64,000 nt of DNA from Patescibacteria group bacterium. Lineage in GTDB: Bacteria; Patescibacteriota; Minisyncoccia; Phycocordibacterales; UBA2100. The notes under the pieces are model-generated. The model had not been told where the DNA came from, ran no database searches, and saw only the letters and a program-made list of their open reading frames with translations. Shown here piece by piece: positions 1 to 8,816 of the stretch; position 1 is the stretch's first letter, and each line of letters begins with the position of its first letter. Both the position numbers and the translations under genes were made by a program. The stretch spans positions 1,320 through 65,319 of the forward strand of contig JBBTSD010000011.1 in the NCBI GenBank assembly GCA_038064835.1, given 5' to 3'.

Positions 1-711
1 ATGTAACCAGAGGAAGCCGAGCCAGAATGCGCGATAGTCGATGAGTCCTTTTTGCCAACCAGCAGCAAAGGTAACTGTTGCGTTCGCTGGATACCCACCC
101 GAAACAAATCGGAAGGTATGGTCGTCCGGCCTATCTTGCACCACTGCTCTGTGGGGCTGGGGGTAAAAAGCCATTTGTGGCGCGCTTATCGGTCCAGGCA
201 CACGGACCGTAGCTATCACCGAATCAACTGGCACAGAATAATTGCCAGCGAAAACATTCCAGTACAACTCGTCGTGATCGTCGTAGAACCCGAGTGCGCC
301 ATGTACGGTGTACTGCAGTGTCCAGGTACGCTCTTCATCGCGCGCATCGTAATACCATTCGATATTAGTCACACCCGCTTCTTTCCAGGTAGTGTATGAG
401 TTCCAACTTTCTGGATCCTCTTTGTTGAGGCGTGTGCGCGAGTACTCTAAAACATTTCCCACAGCATCAAGTACGCGCACATCGGTAATCGCACTAATCT
501 TTTCATGCGGAATACTTCGCCACCCCTGATGATACTCGCCGACAAACGCAAATGTGTGCTGTTCACTCATGCGTACCACACCGTTTGTTTCAACCAGTGC
601 AGTGAGTGAGATATTGCGGTAATGATATGACCGTTCGGTTTCCTGCGCAGTCAAAACCACTGGCGCGACAAGCGCGAGTGCGATGCACAAGAATCCAAGA
701 AACCGATTCAC
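1..711 (-). CDS. DUF2207-like membrane protein, N-terminal part (runs off the window edge)
   Basis: Not in the ORF track. GTG at 711 opens a frame to position 1: signal peptide, then ...WTLQYTVHGALGFYDDHDELYWNVFAG..., typical of DUF2207, which commonly follows lemA. Confidence 0.8.
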   Translation of the reverse strand, partial: MNRFLGFLCIALALVAPVVLTAQETERSYHYRNISLTALVETNGVVRMSEQHTFAFVGEYHQGWRSIPHEKISAITDVRVLDAVGNVLEYSRTRLNKEDPESWNSYTTWKEAGVTNIEWYYDARDEERTWTLQYTVHGALGFYDDHDELYWNVFAGNYSVPVDSVIATVRVPGPISAPQMAFYPQPHRAVVQDRPDDHTFRFVSGGYPANATVTFAAGWQKGLIDYRAFWLGFLWLH

Positions 712-715
712 GGAT

Positions 716-1339
716 TTAGAACTGCACTTTTACCGGCTCTTTCGCGGCAGTGTCGCCTTCGGCAAGCTCGAAGAAATCGCGTGATGCAAATTTGAACATC
801 CCTCCGATGATATTACCGGGGAACGACTCAAGGCTGGTATTGAGGTCTCGCACGACGCCGTTGTAGAAACGGCGAGCGGCCTGAATTTTGTTTTCAGTGT
901 CAGACAATTCACGCTGGAGCTCGATGAAGTTTTGATTTGCCTTGAGGTCTGGGTAGCTCTCGGAAACAGCAAAGAGTGATTTGAGTGCGCCTGTAAGCAT
1001 ATTGTCGGCGGCCGAATGTTGCGCCACTGTTTGTGCTCCCATAGCTGCAGTACGCGCCTCTGTCACTTTAGTGAGTGTTGCCGCCTCGTGTTGCATGTAC
1101 CCCTTGACCGATTCGATCAGGTTTGGAATGAGGTCGTAACGACGCTTGAGCTGGACATCAATATCAGACCAGCCTTCCTTAGCTCGGTTGGTGAGCGTGA
1201 CGAAACTGTTGTACATCACCACGAACCACACAGGGATTAGGATAACGATGGCGGTAATATTGAACTTCCATGGGATCACATCGAATATCGCACTGAGACC
1301 CAGCAGGACGATGAGCGCACCAAAAATGACTGATATCAT
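716..1339 (-). CDS. lemA: LemA family protein
   Basis: N-terminal TM segments, then YNSFV..WSDIDVQLKRRYDLIPNL..ESYPDLKANQNF..ENKIQAARRFYN signature. Confidence 0.95.
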   Translation of the reverse strand: MISVIFGALIVLLGLSAIFDVIPWKFNITAIVILIPVWFVVMYNSFVTLTNRAKEGWSDIDVQLKRRYDLIPNLIESVKGYMQHEAATLTKVTEARTAAMGAQTVAQHSAADNMLTGALKSLFAVSESYPDLKANQNFIELQRELSDTENKIQAARRFYNGVVRDLNTSLESFPGNIIGGMFKFASRDFFELAEGDTAAKEPVKVQF

Positions 1340-1424
1340 AGAGTTTTTCTAATAGTAACCCCATAACTGTACCACGCGAAAATCGGCCGGCAAGGTCTCT
1401 TGGATAACTTTTCACAAGGTGATT

Positions 1425-1573
1425 GAGTAGCCATTGGGAAGTAAGGTTTCTGGAGTGTAAGACCGGTTAGCGACCAAGAAAACAAGGAGTGGCTACGACT
1501 ATGTTTTTGGAAGCACCCTTTGTGGTGCGGCCTTGGAGCGCACTCCAGAAACCTTACTTCCCAATGGCTACTC
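1425..1573. repeat. Long inverted-repeat element, copy 1 (33-bp perfect arms)
   Basis: GAGTAGCCATTGGGAAGTAAGGTTTCTGGAGTG (1425-1457) is the exact reverse complement of 1541-1573. Related copy at 13272-13358. Confidence 0.9.
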
Positions 1574-1684
1574 GGGGTGTGGGAATTCACTCAAAATGTC
1601 TTGACATAGGAGTAAAACATGCTATTATGAAGTTTGGCTAAGGAGCCAGTTCTACAATAAACCAGAGAAAGAAGGAGGAGCGAC

Positions 1685-2356
1685 ATGTCGCTCACTGTTC
1701 CGAATAACTGCCGTCGTGTACTGTTTCAATTCATCCTGCCGGGTTCCCTGTTTGGGAAGACCTTCCCGGCCTTCGCCGACGACCTCGGCGTCGAGACACC
1801 GGAGCAGGCTGAGACTCGCCAAGAAAAGCTGCGCGCCCATCCGGGCACGAAGCTGATCTCGATCGAGTCCGGACTCGTCACCGGTCGCAACTTCATCGGG
1901 CGCGTCGGCGACGATGGCTCGATGGAGTTCGCATCCTCGCCGAACGCCCAGCCGGACCCGATGACCGTCCTGATGGACGCGAGCTTCAAGCTCGCGCGCG
2001 TCAAGGTACAGGAGCGCGGCGAGCGTTTGGGCCACATCGTCATCAGCTTCGTCTTCGGACGGAATGAGGACACCTGGAAGCACCCGGTGGGAACGCGCCA
2101 GGAGGCAGTCGCGTGGTTCATGGACCTCTTGGAGAACGGGTGGGGGCAAGTTGCCGCCTACCGGAATCCGATGGTCCGCGACGATGTCGTAGTGCCGGAT
2201 GTGACCGAGTTCGCGGTGCGCCTCGCGCGCAAGGCAAACTCGTTCCCGAAGCACTACGAGTTCGGGGATGAAGTCGGACTCGGCCTGCGCGCAGTCACGA
2301 ATACGACCCGCGCAGTCAAGGACGCGGCGCGAGCGAAAGCGAGCGCCGCGGACTAA
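1685..2356 (+). CDS. Hypothetical protein (GC-rich)
   Basis: 223-aa ORF with SD (AAGGAGGAG) and a TTGACA/TATTAT promoter-like sequence upstream, followed by a terminator hairpin. Confidence 0.75.
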   Translation: MSLTVPNNCRRVLFQFILPGSLFGKTFPAFADDLGVETPEQAETRQEKLRAHPGTKLISIESGLVTGRNFIGRVGDDGSMEFASSPNAQPDPMTVLMDASFKLARVKVQERGERLGHIVISFVFGRNEDTWKHPVGTRQEAVAWFMDLLENGWGQVAAYRNPMVRDDVVVPDVTEFAVRLARKANSFPKHYEFGDEVGLGLRAVTNTTRAVKDAARAKASAAD

Positions 2357-2374
2357 GCTGACCAGCACAGGAAG

Positions 2375-2404
2375 AAGGGCCGCACCACTGGTGCGGCCCT
2401 TTTA
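2375..2404 (+). terminator. Rho-independent terminator
   Basis: AAGGGCCGCACC-ACT-GGTGCGGCCCTT followed by a T run. Confidence 0.7.
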
Positions 2405-2458
2405 TGTTGCACAGCATTCATTTTTGTGGCAGAACTCTCCTAGCACGGAGAACACCGT

Positions 2459-2761
2459 ATGGATATGTGGGTAGTTTTATGGCTCGCTCTCGCACTCCTT
2501 GCACTGGTTGCTTCCTGCGCAGGGACACATGAAGAAGAAGGAGGCTTCATGGTGATTGGGGGCGCGGTAGCATGCCTTATGTGCGCCTTTTGGGCTGGAT
2601 CACTGTATTCAAGCAACACCTTGGGTGAGAATCTGGTCGCCGCCTGCGCCGAACAGACGCAAGTCCAAAAAGAACGGAAAATCGAATGCACCGTCCGCCT
2701 TCAAGTGCAGGACGGCGTGTTCCAGAAAATCCTTCCGATCAAAAAGGAACCGTCTCCATGA
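2459..2761 (+). CDS. Small membrane protein
   Basis: 100-aa ORF with two hydrophobic segments and GGAG upstream. Confidence 0.6.
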   Translation: MDMWVVLWLALALLALVASCAGTHEEEGGFMVIGGAVACLMCAFWAGSLYSSNTLGENLVAACAEQTQVQKERKIECTVRLQVQDGVFQKILPIKKEPSP

Positions 2762-2872
2762 ACACACACAACGAACGCTGTGGCAACCTTTTGCCACAGC
2801 GCTTTTTAATTTTTGTTGCACAAAAATCACGCCACCTATATGCTCCGCATAGAAACTGTAGAGGAGAGATGC

Positions 2873-4051
2873 GTGACGAACATCGTCATCACTGGCATGG
2901 GCCTGCTTTCTGCCGCCGGAGACCGACGGCAGGCAGGCCGCGGATTGCTCGGAAAGCTTCGCGTGGACCAAGCCCGGACAACCCTTTCAGGGAGAAAGGT
3001 TCGGGTATGCGAACTTGGCGACCACTTCGCCACTGCGAAAGAAAGTGCTCCATCCTGGGCGCACACTCTAGACCGTAGCGTTGTAGCCGCGCTAAGCGTG
3101 GCACAACTTGCTATGGAAAACACCCGTCTGGCAGGAGTTAATTTGTCTCGCTATGGAGTGTATCTGGGGAGCTCGCGTTTCTCTGATCATACGAAAACTA
3201 GGTATCAACAGCTACTGACATCCGGGGAAAAACTCCCCAAAGATGCACTCATCCAAAGCCTGGCTTTTGGCCCTGCATTCTGGGTTGCGAAGCACTTTGG
3301 AATAGAGGGCCCTACAGAAGCAATCACCAGCGCATGTACCGGATCGCTCCAGGCACTGATGCGTGCCTGCGACGCGCTGAAGCTGGGATACATCGATGCC
3401 GCGCTTGTGTGCGGTGTGGAAACCAGCCTCACAGATTTGTGTGTCGAACAATTCGCACAACTTGGGGTATGTTCGAAAAGTGGTATATGTCGTGCCTTCG
3501 ATAAAAATCGTGATGGGACAATTCCTGGCGAAGGAGCGGCCGCGATTCTTCTTGAAACAGAAAAGTATGCTCGCGCACGCGGCAGACCGATTTTTGCTCG
3601 CGTCTGTGGGTACGCATCTGTGAACGACGGATTTGCATACGCAAACGATCCTTCGGGAAACGGCATCATGCGCGCTATCCACCAGGCACTGCAATGCGCT
3701 CATTTGATGCCAGAAGACATCGATGTCGTTAATGCACATGCTCCTGGTACTGTCGCCGGCGACCTGAGCGAAGGCAGAGCGCTTGAAAAATTCTCCCCAG
3801 CCACACCTGTCTACACTGCCAAACCTTTAATCGGGCACTGCAATGGAGCAGCCAGTCTGATGGAAACCGTTCTTGGCATTGACGCACTGAACGAAGGTGT
3901 CGTTCCTGGGAATTACTGTGAAGAGCAGGATCCTGGCTGTGGTGATATCTACTTGCCACGCGATACCGAATCGCGGAAGATGCGAACACTCCTGAAGATA
4001 TCATCGGGGATTGGCGGCGTTCACGCCGCGGCAATTTTCCAAAAAGCATAG
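2873..4051 (+). CDS. fabF: Beta-ketoacyl-ACP synthase (FabF/FabB-like)
   Basis: IVITGMG start, catalytic Cys in TSACTGS, His motifs NAHAPGT and KPLIGHC, GEGAAAILLE, C-terminal SSGIGG. GTG start after GAGGAG. Confidence 0.85.
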   Translation: MTNIVITGMGLLSAAGDRRQAGRGLLGKLRVDQARTTLSGRKVRVCELGDHFATAKESAPSWAHTLDRSVVAALSVAQLAMENTRLAGVNLSRYGVYLGSSRFSDHTKTRYQQLLTSGEKLPKDALIQSLAFGPAFWVAKHFGIEGPTEAITSACTGSLQALMRACDALKLGYIDAALVCGVETSLTDLCVEQFAQLGVCSKSGICRAFDKNRDGTIPGEGAAAILLETEKYARARGRPIFARVCGYASVNDGFAYANDPSGNGIMRAIHQALQCAHLMPEDIDVVNAHAPGTVAGDLSEGRALEKFSPATPVYTAKPLIGHCNGAASLMETVLGIDALNEGVVPGNYCEEQDPGCGDIYLPRDTESRKMRTLLKISSGIGGVHAAAIFQKA

Positions 4052-4056
4052 TACGC

Positions 4057-4089
4057 GAAAGCGCGGCCCACGGCCACGCTTTCTTTGTT
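4057..4089. repeat. 33-bp hairpin / direct repeat, left flank of island
   Basis: GAAAGCGCGGCC-CAC-GGCCACGCTTTCTTTGTT is identical to 10723-10755 except for the 3-nt loop. Also terminator-like for fabF. Confidence 0.75.
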
Positions 4090-4111
4090 TTTTGATGTTT
4101 TCTACGGGGCA

Positions 4112-4126
4112 TACCTGACACTATTT
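4112..4126. repeat. REP type 1, partial copy (CCTGACAC orientation)
   Basis: TACCTGACACTATTT matches the copies at 7745 and 8857. Confidence 0.7.
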
Positions 4127-4406
4127 CTCCCGATACTGAACAGTGCTTGATTGTCGTCAGCGTGCACCACGAAGTACAGCGTCCGCAATCGACCCCACTC
4201 ACCTTCCGTATATGTGACCTTGAAGTCGCCGTCCCTGGCGCGACTGGGCTCGATCAGCTCGGTCTTGGCGACTTACCCCCAATCACCCTTTTGTTCCCAC
4301 AGGTCATGGTGGACTACTGCAACCTATACACCATCTCACCATGGAGACCCTGGTAACGTTTTAGTTAGCTAAAACGGGCGAGCTTTTCGCTCGGCAATAA
4401 TGATGT

Positions 4407-5075
4407 ATGATTCAATTGCGACCCCACAATTCCATGAACCTCTCCACCTTTCTTTCTGTTGGGAATGTTTCGGCTCGATGTGCGGTTGCTCTGGTTTCGT
4501 TATTTGTATTCGTGTCGGCAGTGAGCCCTGTCATTACGACCGCATATTATAATGCGGTGTCTGTCGATACAATCTGTCGGACTGAAGATCAGACGATTGA
4601 AGTCCTCCTCCCGGCAAATTGGTTGTACAAAGAGCAGGCTTATAAAACAATAGGCGGTGCTGAGGTCTTCTATTTGAAGCTAAGTGACCAAGCCGATCAG
4701 GGTAGCAGGGCTACGAAAGGTGGGTATGTATTGCGTTCGACAGCGTCCGGCATTTTCGGTTTACCTAGTACGATTACCTCGCGTCTCGATCCCCGCGAAA
4801 TGGTGAACTTCTATCTGCACCAAATTATACGCTCTTCAATGCAAGGGAAAGTGCTGAGCGTAAAAGTGATTGAACGGAACGGCGAGAAGGTATATTCGGT
4901 AGAGTGGTCTTATGTCACAAGCCTGAACCGTGATCAAATCGAATTCATCGTGCTCGACGAATTCATTTTTAGAGGGGATACGGTCTACCAGTCGCATGGA
5001 GTGTATGCCTCATTCCGGTCGGAAATTCGCAACACGATCGTTCGGATGGTCCAGTCGCTCAAAGCAAGTAAATAG
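4407..5075 (+). CDS. Hypothetical exported protein
   Basis: 222-aa ORF with an N-terminal hydrophobic segment; stop lies 2 nt before the next start. Confidence 0.65.
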   Translation: MIQLRPHNSMNLSTFLSVGNVSARCAVALVSLFVFVSAVSPVITTAYYNAVSVDTICRTEDQTIEVLLPANWLYKEQAYKTIGGAEVFYLKLSDQADQGSRATKGGYVLRSTASGIFGLPSTITSRLDPREMVNFYLHQIIRSSMQGKVLSVKVIERNGEKVYSVEWSYVTSLNRDQIEFIVLDEFIFRGDTVYQSHGVYASFRSEIRNTIVRMVQSLKASK

Positions 5076-5077
5076 GT

Positions 5078-6841
5078 ATGAAAAAGTATTTCAACGCAGG
5101 CATCCTCACGCTTACGGTAATTCTCGTTGGGACTCATCCATCTGCTGTATCCGCCGAAGTATATTCGAGCATTGATACGCAAAAGCTTGAGGCCACTATC
5201 GGCACAGACAAAGCGGTCGGCACCTGGACACTGCAAGTACAAAACACCGGCGGGGCTGTTGGCTTCGAGGATTTTAGGAATTTTGGTGCCACCGGGTTGC
5301 TTAGTTACGAACTTACAAAAGCTTTCGACGATAATGGACCTCTTGCAATCAATTTTGAGGAAGGATTCAAGGCGATTCGTTTGCGTTCGGCAGGGAATGG
5401 CATTTCCAATGTGAAAGTTCAATATGACATAAAAACAGCACTAACCCACCCAATCGCAATTTATGAATTTTGGGTGGCTGGCGGGGGATATTTCAACTTC
5501 CCACAACTCAACGTCAGCTACCAAAAAGGCTGGAAAGTCCTTGCCACTTATCCAAACGCGACAATTACGGATACGACCATTGCAATCAAATACCCGACAG
5601 ACACCCCATACATCTACCCCGCACTCATTGCTTTTGTTCCGACTGATATCGGGCCTGGTAATGTCATCAAGACCGTTGGTCGCTTCACGCTCGCTGGGTC
5701 GGTGCAGTCCGTTGCAAAGCTAGAAAGCGCCGTCACATCGATGACATACTTGGACGATCTTTTTACATCATCACTTGGCGTTCCTGCTCCGACGAAACTA
5801 ATAATTTACGCGGCCGACCTAAGGAACGCCGATGTGGGCTATGAAGCGTTCGCGCTAGCCGCACGACCCGACATCGTGCTCTACAACAAGGACATCCTAA
5901 CGAACCAGTCGCTTGCAGAGGTGCAAACGACACTTGTTCACGAGATTGCACACACAGTGGAGCAGGATAAGAACCTATTCCGCGGAGCCCCATATGTGGC
6001 ACCTTGGTTCAGAGAGGGTCTGGCTGTCTTCATGGAAATTCAAGCGCGCCCCTATATTTTCAAGAACCTCAATGAGCAAGCCATTGCAGATCTTGCCGGG
6101 CATACACATATGCTGAGTGCTGCGGAGCTGAAGAGGAAAAATGAGAAATCCTTTGACTACATCTTTGAAGGTGGCGTGTTTGCCCCACTGAACGATGCAT
6201 ATGCACATGCAGGTGTTGCCGTTGCACGCTTCGCGCAAAAGGCGGGGGCCAGCGGCATGCAGAAGTTGTTTGTCCAACTTGCGGATAAGACTTCGACGCA
6301 ACTCTCACAGACTGAAGACTCCAGCAAGATACTTGCGAGCATGGCCAGTATAAGCGGATTGCCACAAGAAGAGATACTTTTCCCGTTCAAGAAGAGCCAG
6401 AATTTTGAGCTGGACACAACGCCATTCGTTCACCCCGAGTATACAGGCACCGCCGCGGATGGGGTCGTGGACTACATCAAGTATAGAATACCCAACTATT
6501 TCACTGGTGCGATGCCGGTTGCGAGCATGTTACCTCTGCCACCTATCGTAGTGCCAGCACCGAGTACTTCGCCAGCTTTCACATCTGGCAGTTGCAAGAT
6601 AACTAAAGCACTCAAGCTGGGAACGAAGGACGCAGAGGTGACAACATTGCAGCGCTTCCTGATCAGTAAGGGATATCTGGCCACCGATAATAATTCAGGC
6701 TACTTCGGTTCTATGACGCAAGCTGCGCTTCAAAAATGGCAAAAAGCGAACAGGCTTGTTTCAAATGGCACACTGACCACGACAGGCTTCGGCGTGATGG
6801 GGCCGAAGTCTCGAGCGCTGTTCGCGCAGCAGTGCAAGTAG
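5078..6841 (+). CDS. Secreted gluzincin-type metallopeptidase with C-terminal peptidoglycan-binding domain
   Basis: Signal peptide; LVHEIAH...PWFREGLAVF (HExxH plus downstream E); C-terminal LKLGTKDAEVTTLQRFLISKGYL..GYFGSMTQAALQKWQ (PG_binding_1-like). Confidence 0.85.
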   Translation: MKKYFNAGILTLTVILVGTHPSAVSAEVYSSIDTQKLEATIGTDKAVGTWTLQVQNTGGAVGFEDFRNFGATGLLSYELTKAFDDNGPLAINFEEGFKAIRLRSAGNGISNVKVQYDIKTALTHPIAIYEFWVAGGGYFNFPQLNVSYQKGWKVLATYPNATITDTTIAIKYPTDTPYIYPALIAFVPTDIGPGNVIKTVGRFTLAGSVQSVAKLESAVTSMTYLDDLFTSSLGVPAPTKLIIYAADLRNADVGYEAFALAARPDIVLYNKDILTNQSLAEVQTTLVHEIAHTVEQDKNLFRGAPYVAPWFREGLAVFMEIQARPYIFKNLNEQAIADLAGHTHMLSAAELKRKNEKSFDYIFEGGVFAPLNDAYAHAGVAVARFAQKAGASGMQKLFVQLADKTSTQLSQTEDSSKILASMASISGLPQEEILFPFKKSQNFELDTTPFVHPEYTGTAADGVVDYIKYRIPNYFTGAMPVASMLPLPPIVVPAPSTSPAFTSGSCKITKALKLGTKDAEVTTLQRFLISKGYLATDNNSGYFGSMTQAALQKWQKANRLVSNGTLTTTGFGVMGPKSRALFAQQCK

Positions 6842-6929
6842 AAGACGCCACACACCCTGCCCCCGATAATATTCGATACTGTGCCTGGGCAGCTTTCTTA
6901 ATCCTGGTCGACTGTTTCGACACTCTCAC

Positions 6930-7040
6930 TTACCACCAATTATTTACAGGGCCTGTGATACTAAAAAAGGCAAAGAGAAATGCGCAAATTCCAAATAAGA
7001 TAAGGCCGAATTTAAGATATGAGGTAAAGAATTTGGGGGT
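6930..7040 (-). pseudogene. 3' fragment of a small membrane-protein gene truncated at a REP
   Basis: AT-rich frame ...PKFFTSYLKFGLILFGICAFLFAFFSITGPVNNWW* with no own start before the REP at 7052. Confidence 0.4.
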
Positions 7041-7051
7041 AAAAGGTGGGT

Positions 7052-7073
7052 AAAAGGTGTCAGGAACCTTTTT
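7052..7073. repeat. REP type 1 (GTGTCAGG orientation), overlapping the transposase stop codon
   Basis: AAAAGGTGTCAGGAACCTTTTT, an imperfect palindrome. Confidence 0.85.
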
Positions 7074-7726
7074 TCGGTCTACCCCGTGGCCGTACCGTTG
7101 TCTCCAAATCATACCTCTTGATTACTCGCCTCACCCACGAGTCAGATCCGAAAGGATTGCCTCGCGCAATCGATTGACGCATAGCTTCAACCTCGACCTC
7201 TGATTGGGGCTCATTAAGCAGTGTAATATAGTTTTTTGGTATCGAGACTGGCCATTCACTAAGGAGTGACTGCTCTTGCAATGTCCCCTTTTCTCGTCTC
7301 CATACACTTCCCCACTGCCAACCCTCTGCTTTCTTAACGAGCCGGGCGCGGAGTGGGTTGCGCTCGACATAGCGAACAAGTTGCATGAAATGATCGTCCT
7401 GTTCACACAGAAAGGACTTGTAGCGACCTTGGTACAAGTGGCCGTGACCTATGGTCTTGTGTGCAGAATGCCAACGCTGGGTATGTGTCAGTGTGAGCCA
7501 GTTCACGAACTTGGTGAGATCCCCGTCCTTTCTTGTATGCACCACCAGATGCCAGTGGTTGGGCATGACGCAATATGCAAGTAGATGAACTCCGCTGCGC
7601 TTCTGCAAGTACGGCTTCGAAAAGTTGGTAGTCTTTCTTTTGCTCAAACAGGGGCAAGCGCGCATTTGCTCTGTTGAGCACATGGTATATGTGATCACCT
7701 ACGTCAGTTCGCAAGGCTCTGCCCAT
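7060..7726 (-). pseudogene. REP-associated tyrosine (HUH, Y1) transposase, RAYT-like, frameshifted
   Basis: Frame 1 reads MGRALR..YHVLNRAN..LFEQKKDYQLF. It shifts near 7595 to frame 2: LLAYCVMPNHWHLVV (HUH)..GHLYQGRYKS..YVERNPLRA..WQWGS..RPRGRPKK. Confidence 0.88.
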
Positions 7727-7744
7727 ATGTGCAATCTATCATAG

Positions 7745-7766
7745 AAAAGGTTCCTGACACCATTTT
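7745..7766. repeat. REP type 1 (CCTGACAC orientation)
   Basis: AAAAGGTTCCTGACACCATTTT, inverted relative to the 7052 copy, bracketing the transposase. Confidence 0.85.
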
Positions 7767-7772
7767 CTCACT

Positions 7773-8240
7773 TTACGCAACCACAGAGTGCTCTCTGAAG
7801 GTCTTCCACTCCTTATCTGGTTGCATCATAAATTGTAACTGGTGTCCTTTTGACAGAGAGGAATCTACTTGGATACGTTTCACCTTTTGCTCGAAATACT
7901 CGGGCTTCCACTCCGATGCGTAAAAAACAAATTCTCTCATGCTGTTATACGTGATCGTATTTGTGTGGATTGCCTCATGCCTTTCCTCAAGAACTTTTAC
8001 AAGTTCATCTTCAATCTTGTGCAGTTCCTGAGCTTCCGCATTGGTGGGTAGCCCATCAGATGTTGGATTGAACAATGGAACCGCCACTCCAATCTGGAAC
8101 GGATACTTTGGGTGGCCTATCGCGTCGATCAAGCCCGTCCTGCAACGAGTAAAAATCGGTCTGTCAGTTAGACGACCTTCCAGAATCTGCCAGTCATCTC
8201 CGTAGTCAGATATATTCTTAAATTTCTTCTGCCAAAACAT
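7773..8240 (-). CDS. DUF695-like protein, putative immunity protein
   Basis: DDW..Y..DGLP...E...L..IED.L...ITY...REFVFY...D.EW pattern; starts 2 nt after the toxin stop. Confidence 0.7.
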   Translation of the reverse strand: MFWQKKFKNISDYGDDWQILEGRLTDRPIFTRCRTGLIDAIGHPKYPFQIGVAVPLFNPTSDGLPTNAEAQELHKIEDELVKVLEERHEAIHTNTITYNSMREFVFYASEWKPEYFEQKVKRIQVDSSLSKGHQLQFMMQPDKEWKTFREHSVVA

Positions 8241-8242
8241 AT

Positions 8243-8815
8243 TTACTTTTTGAGGCTTTTTAGTGCAGCTGATAGCTTCGTCAGCGCGGAAGACAACGAA
8301 CTGAGTTTTGATTGCAGTGAGCCACTAACACCGTGACCAAAACTTTGCGCTACTGTGCTTAGCTGAGACGTTGGGGAGATGGAATTTCTTAGATTTAGAA
8401 GCTGACCTCCATTTTTTTGCATGCCAAATTTTTCAATAAGGCTCTGCTCTCCTAACCTTGCTTCAGTTTTGGTCAAGGCACCTTTGGGACCGACCACCTC
8501 GTAGTCCAGCTCGTCTTTGCCACTTCCCGTTTTCCCCCGGTGCTCGTTCCATCTTACCTCAGTATCTCGCTTTGTAATACCGACATAGCGTGTCGTTCCC
8601 ACATCATCCGCTCCTCGATAGAGTGAGTATGTGGCATCGGCTGCCTTTCCAGCCCGCAGCGCCATGCCACCTACCGCCGGCACACCGGGGAAAGCAAGTG
8701 CCCCCGCATCAAGAATCACACCAGCGGCATTGAATGCACTTGGATCTTGCCTGAATGCGTTGATTGAAAGACCAAGCATCGCCGCATCGAATGGGCTTTC
8801 GACATATAGACCTTT
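8243..8815 (-). CDS. Orphan Rhs C-terminal toxin, GIY-YIG nuclease-like (5'-truncated; ATG at 8779)
   Basis: Frame begins KGLYVES (tail of DPxGL), has a hydrophobic pre-toxin segment, then YSLY..YVGITKR...R..EH...EQSLI...LLNLRNSI. Confidence 0.75.
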   Translation of the reverse strand, partial: KGLYVESPFDAAMLGLSINAFRQDPSAFNAAGVILDAGALAFPGVPAVGGMALRAGKAADATYSLYRGADDVGTTRYVGITKRDTEVRWNEHRGKTGSGKDELDYEVVGPKGALTKTEARLGEQSLIEKFGMQKNGGQLLNLRNSISPTSQLSTVAQSFGHGVSGSLQSKLSSLSSALTKLSAALKSLKK

Positions 8816-8816
8816 G

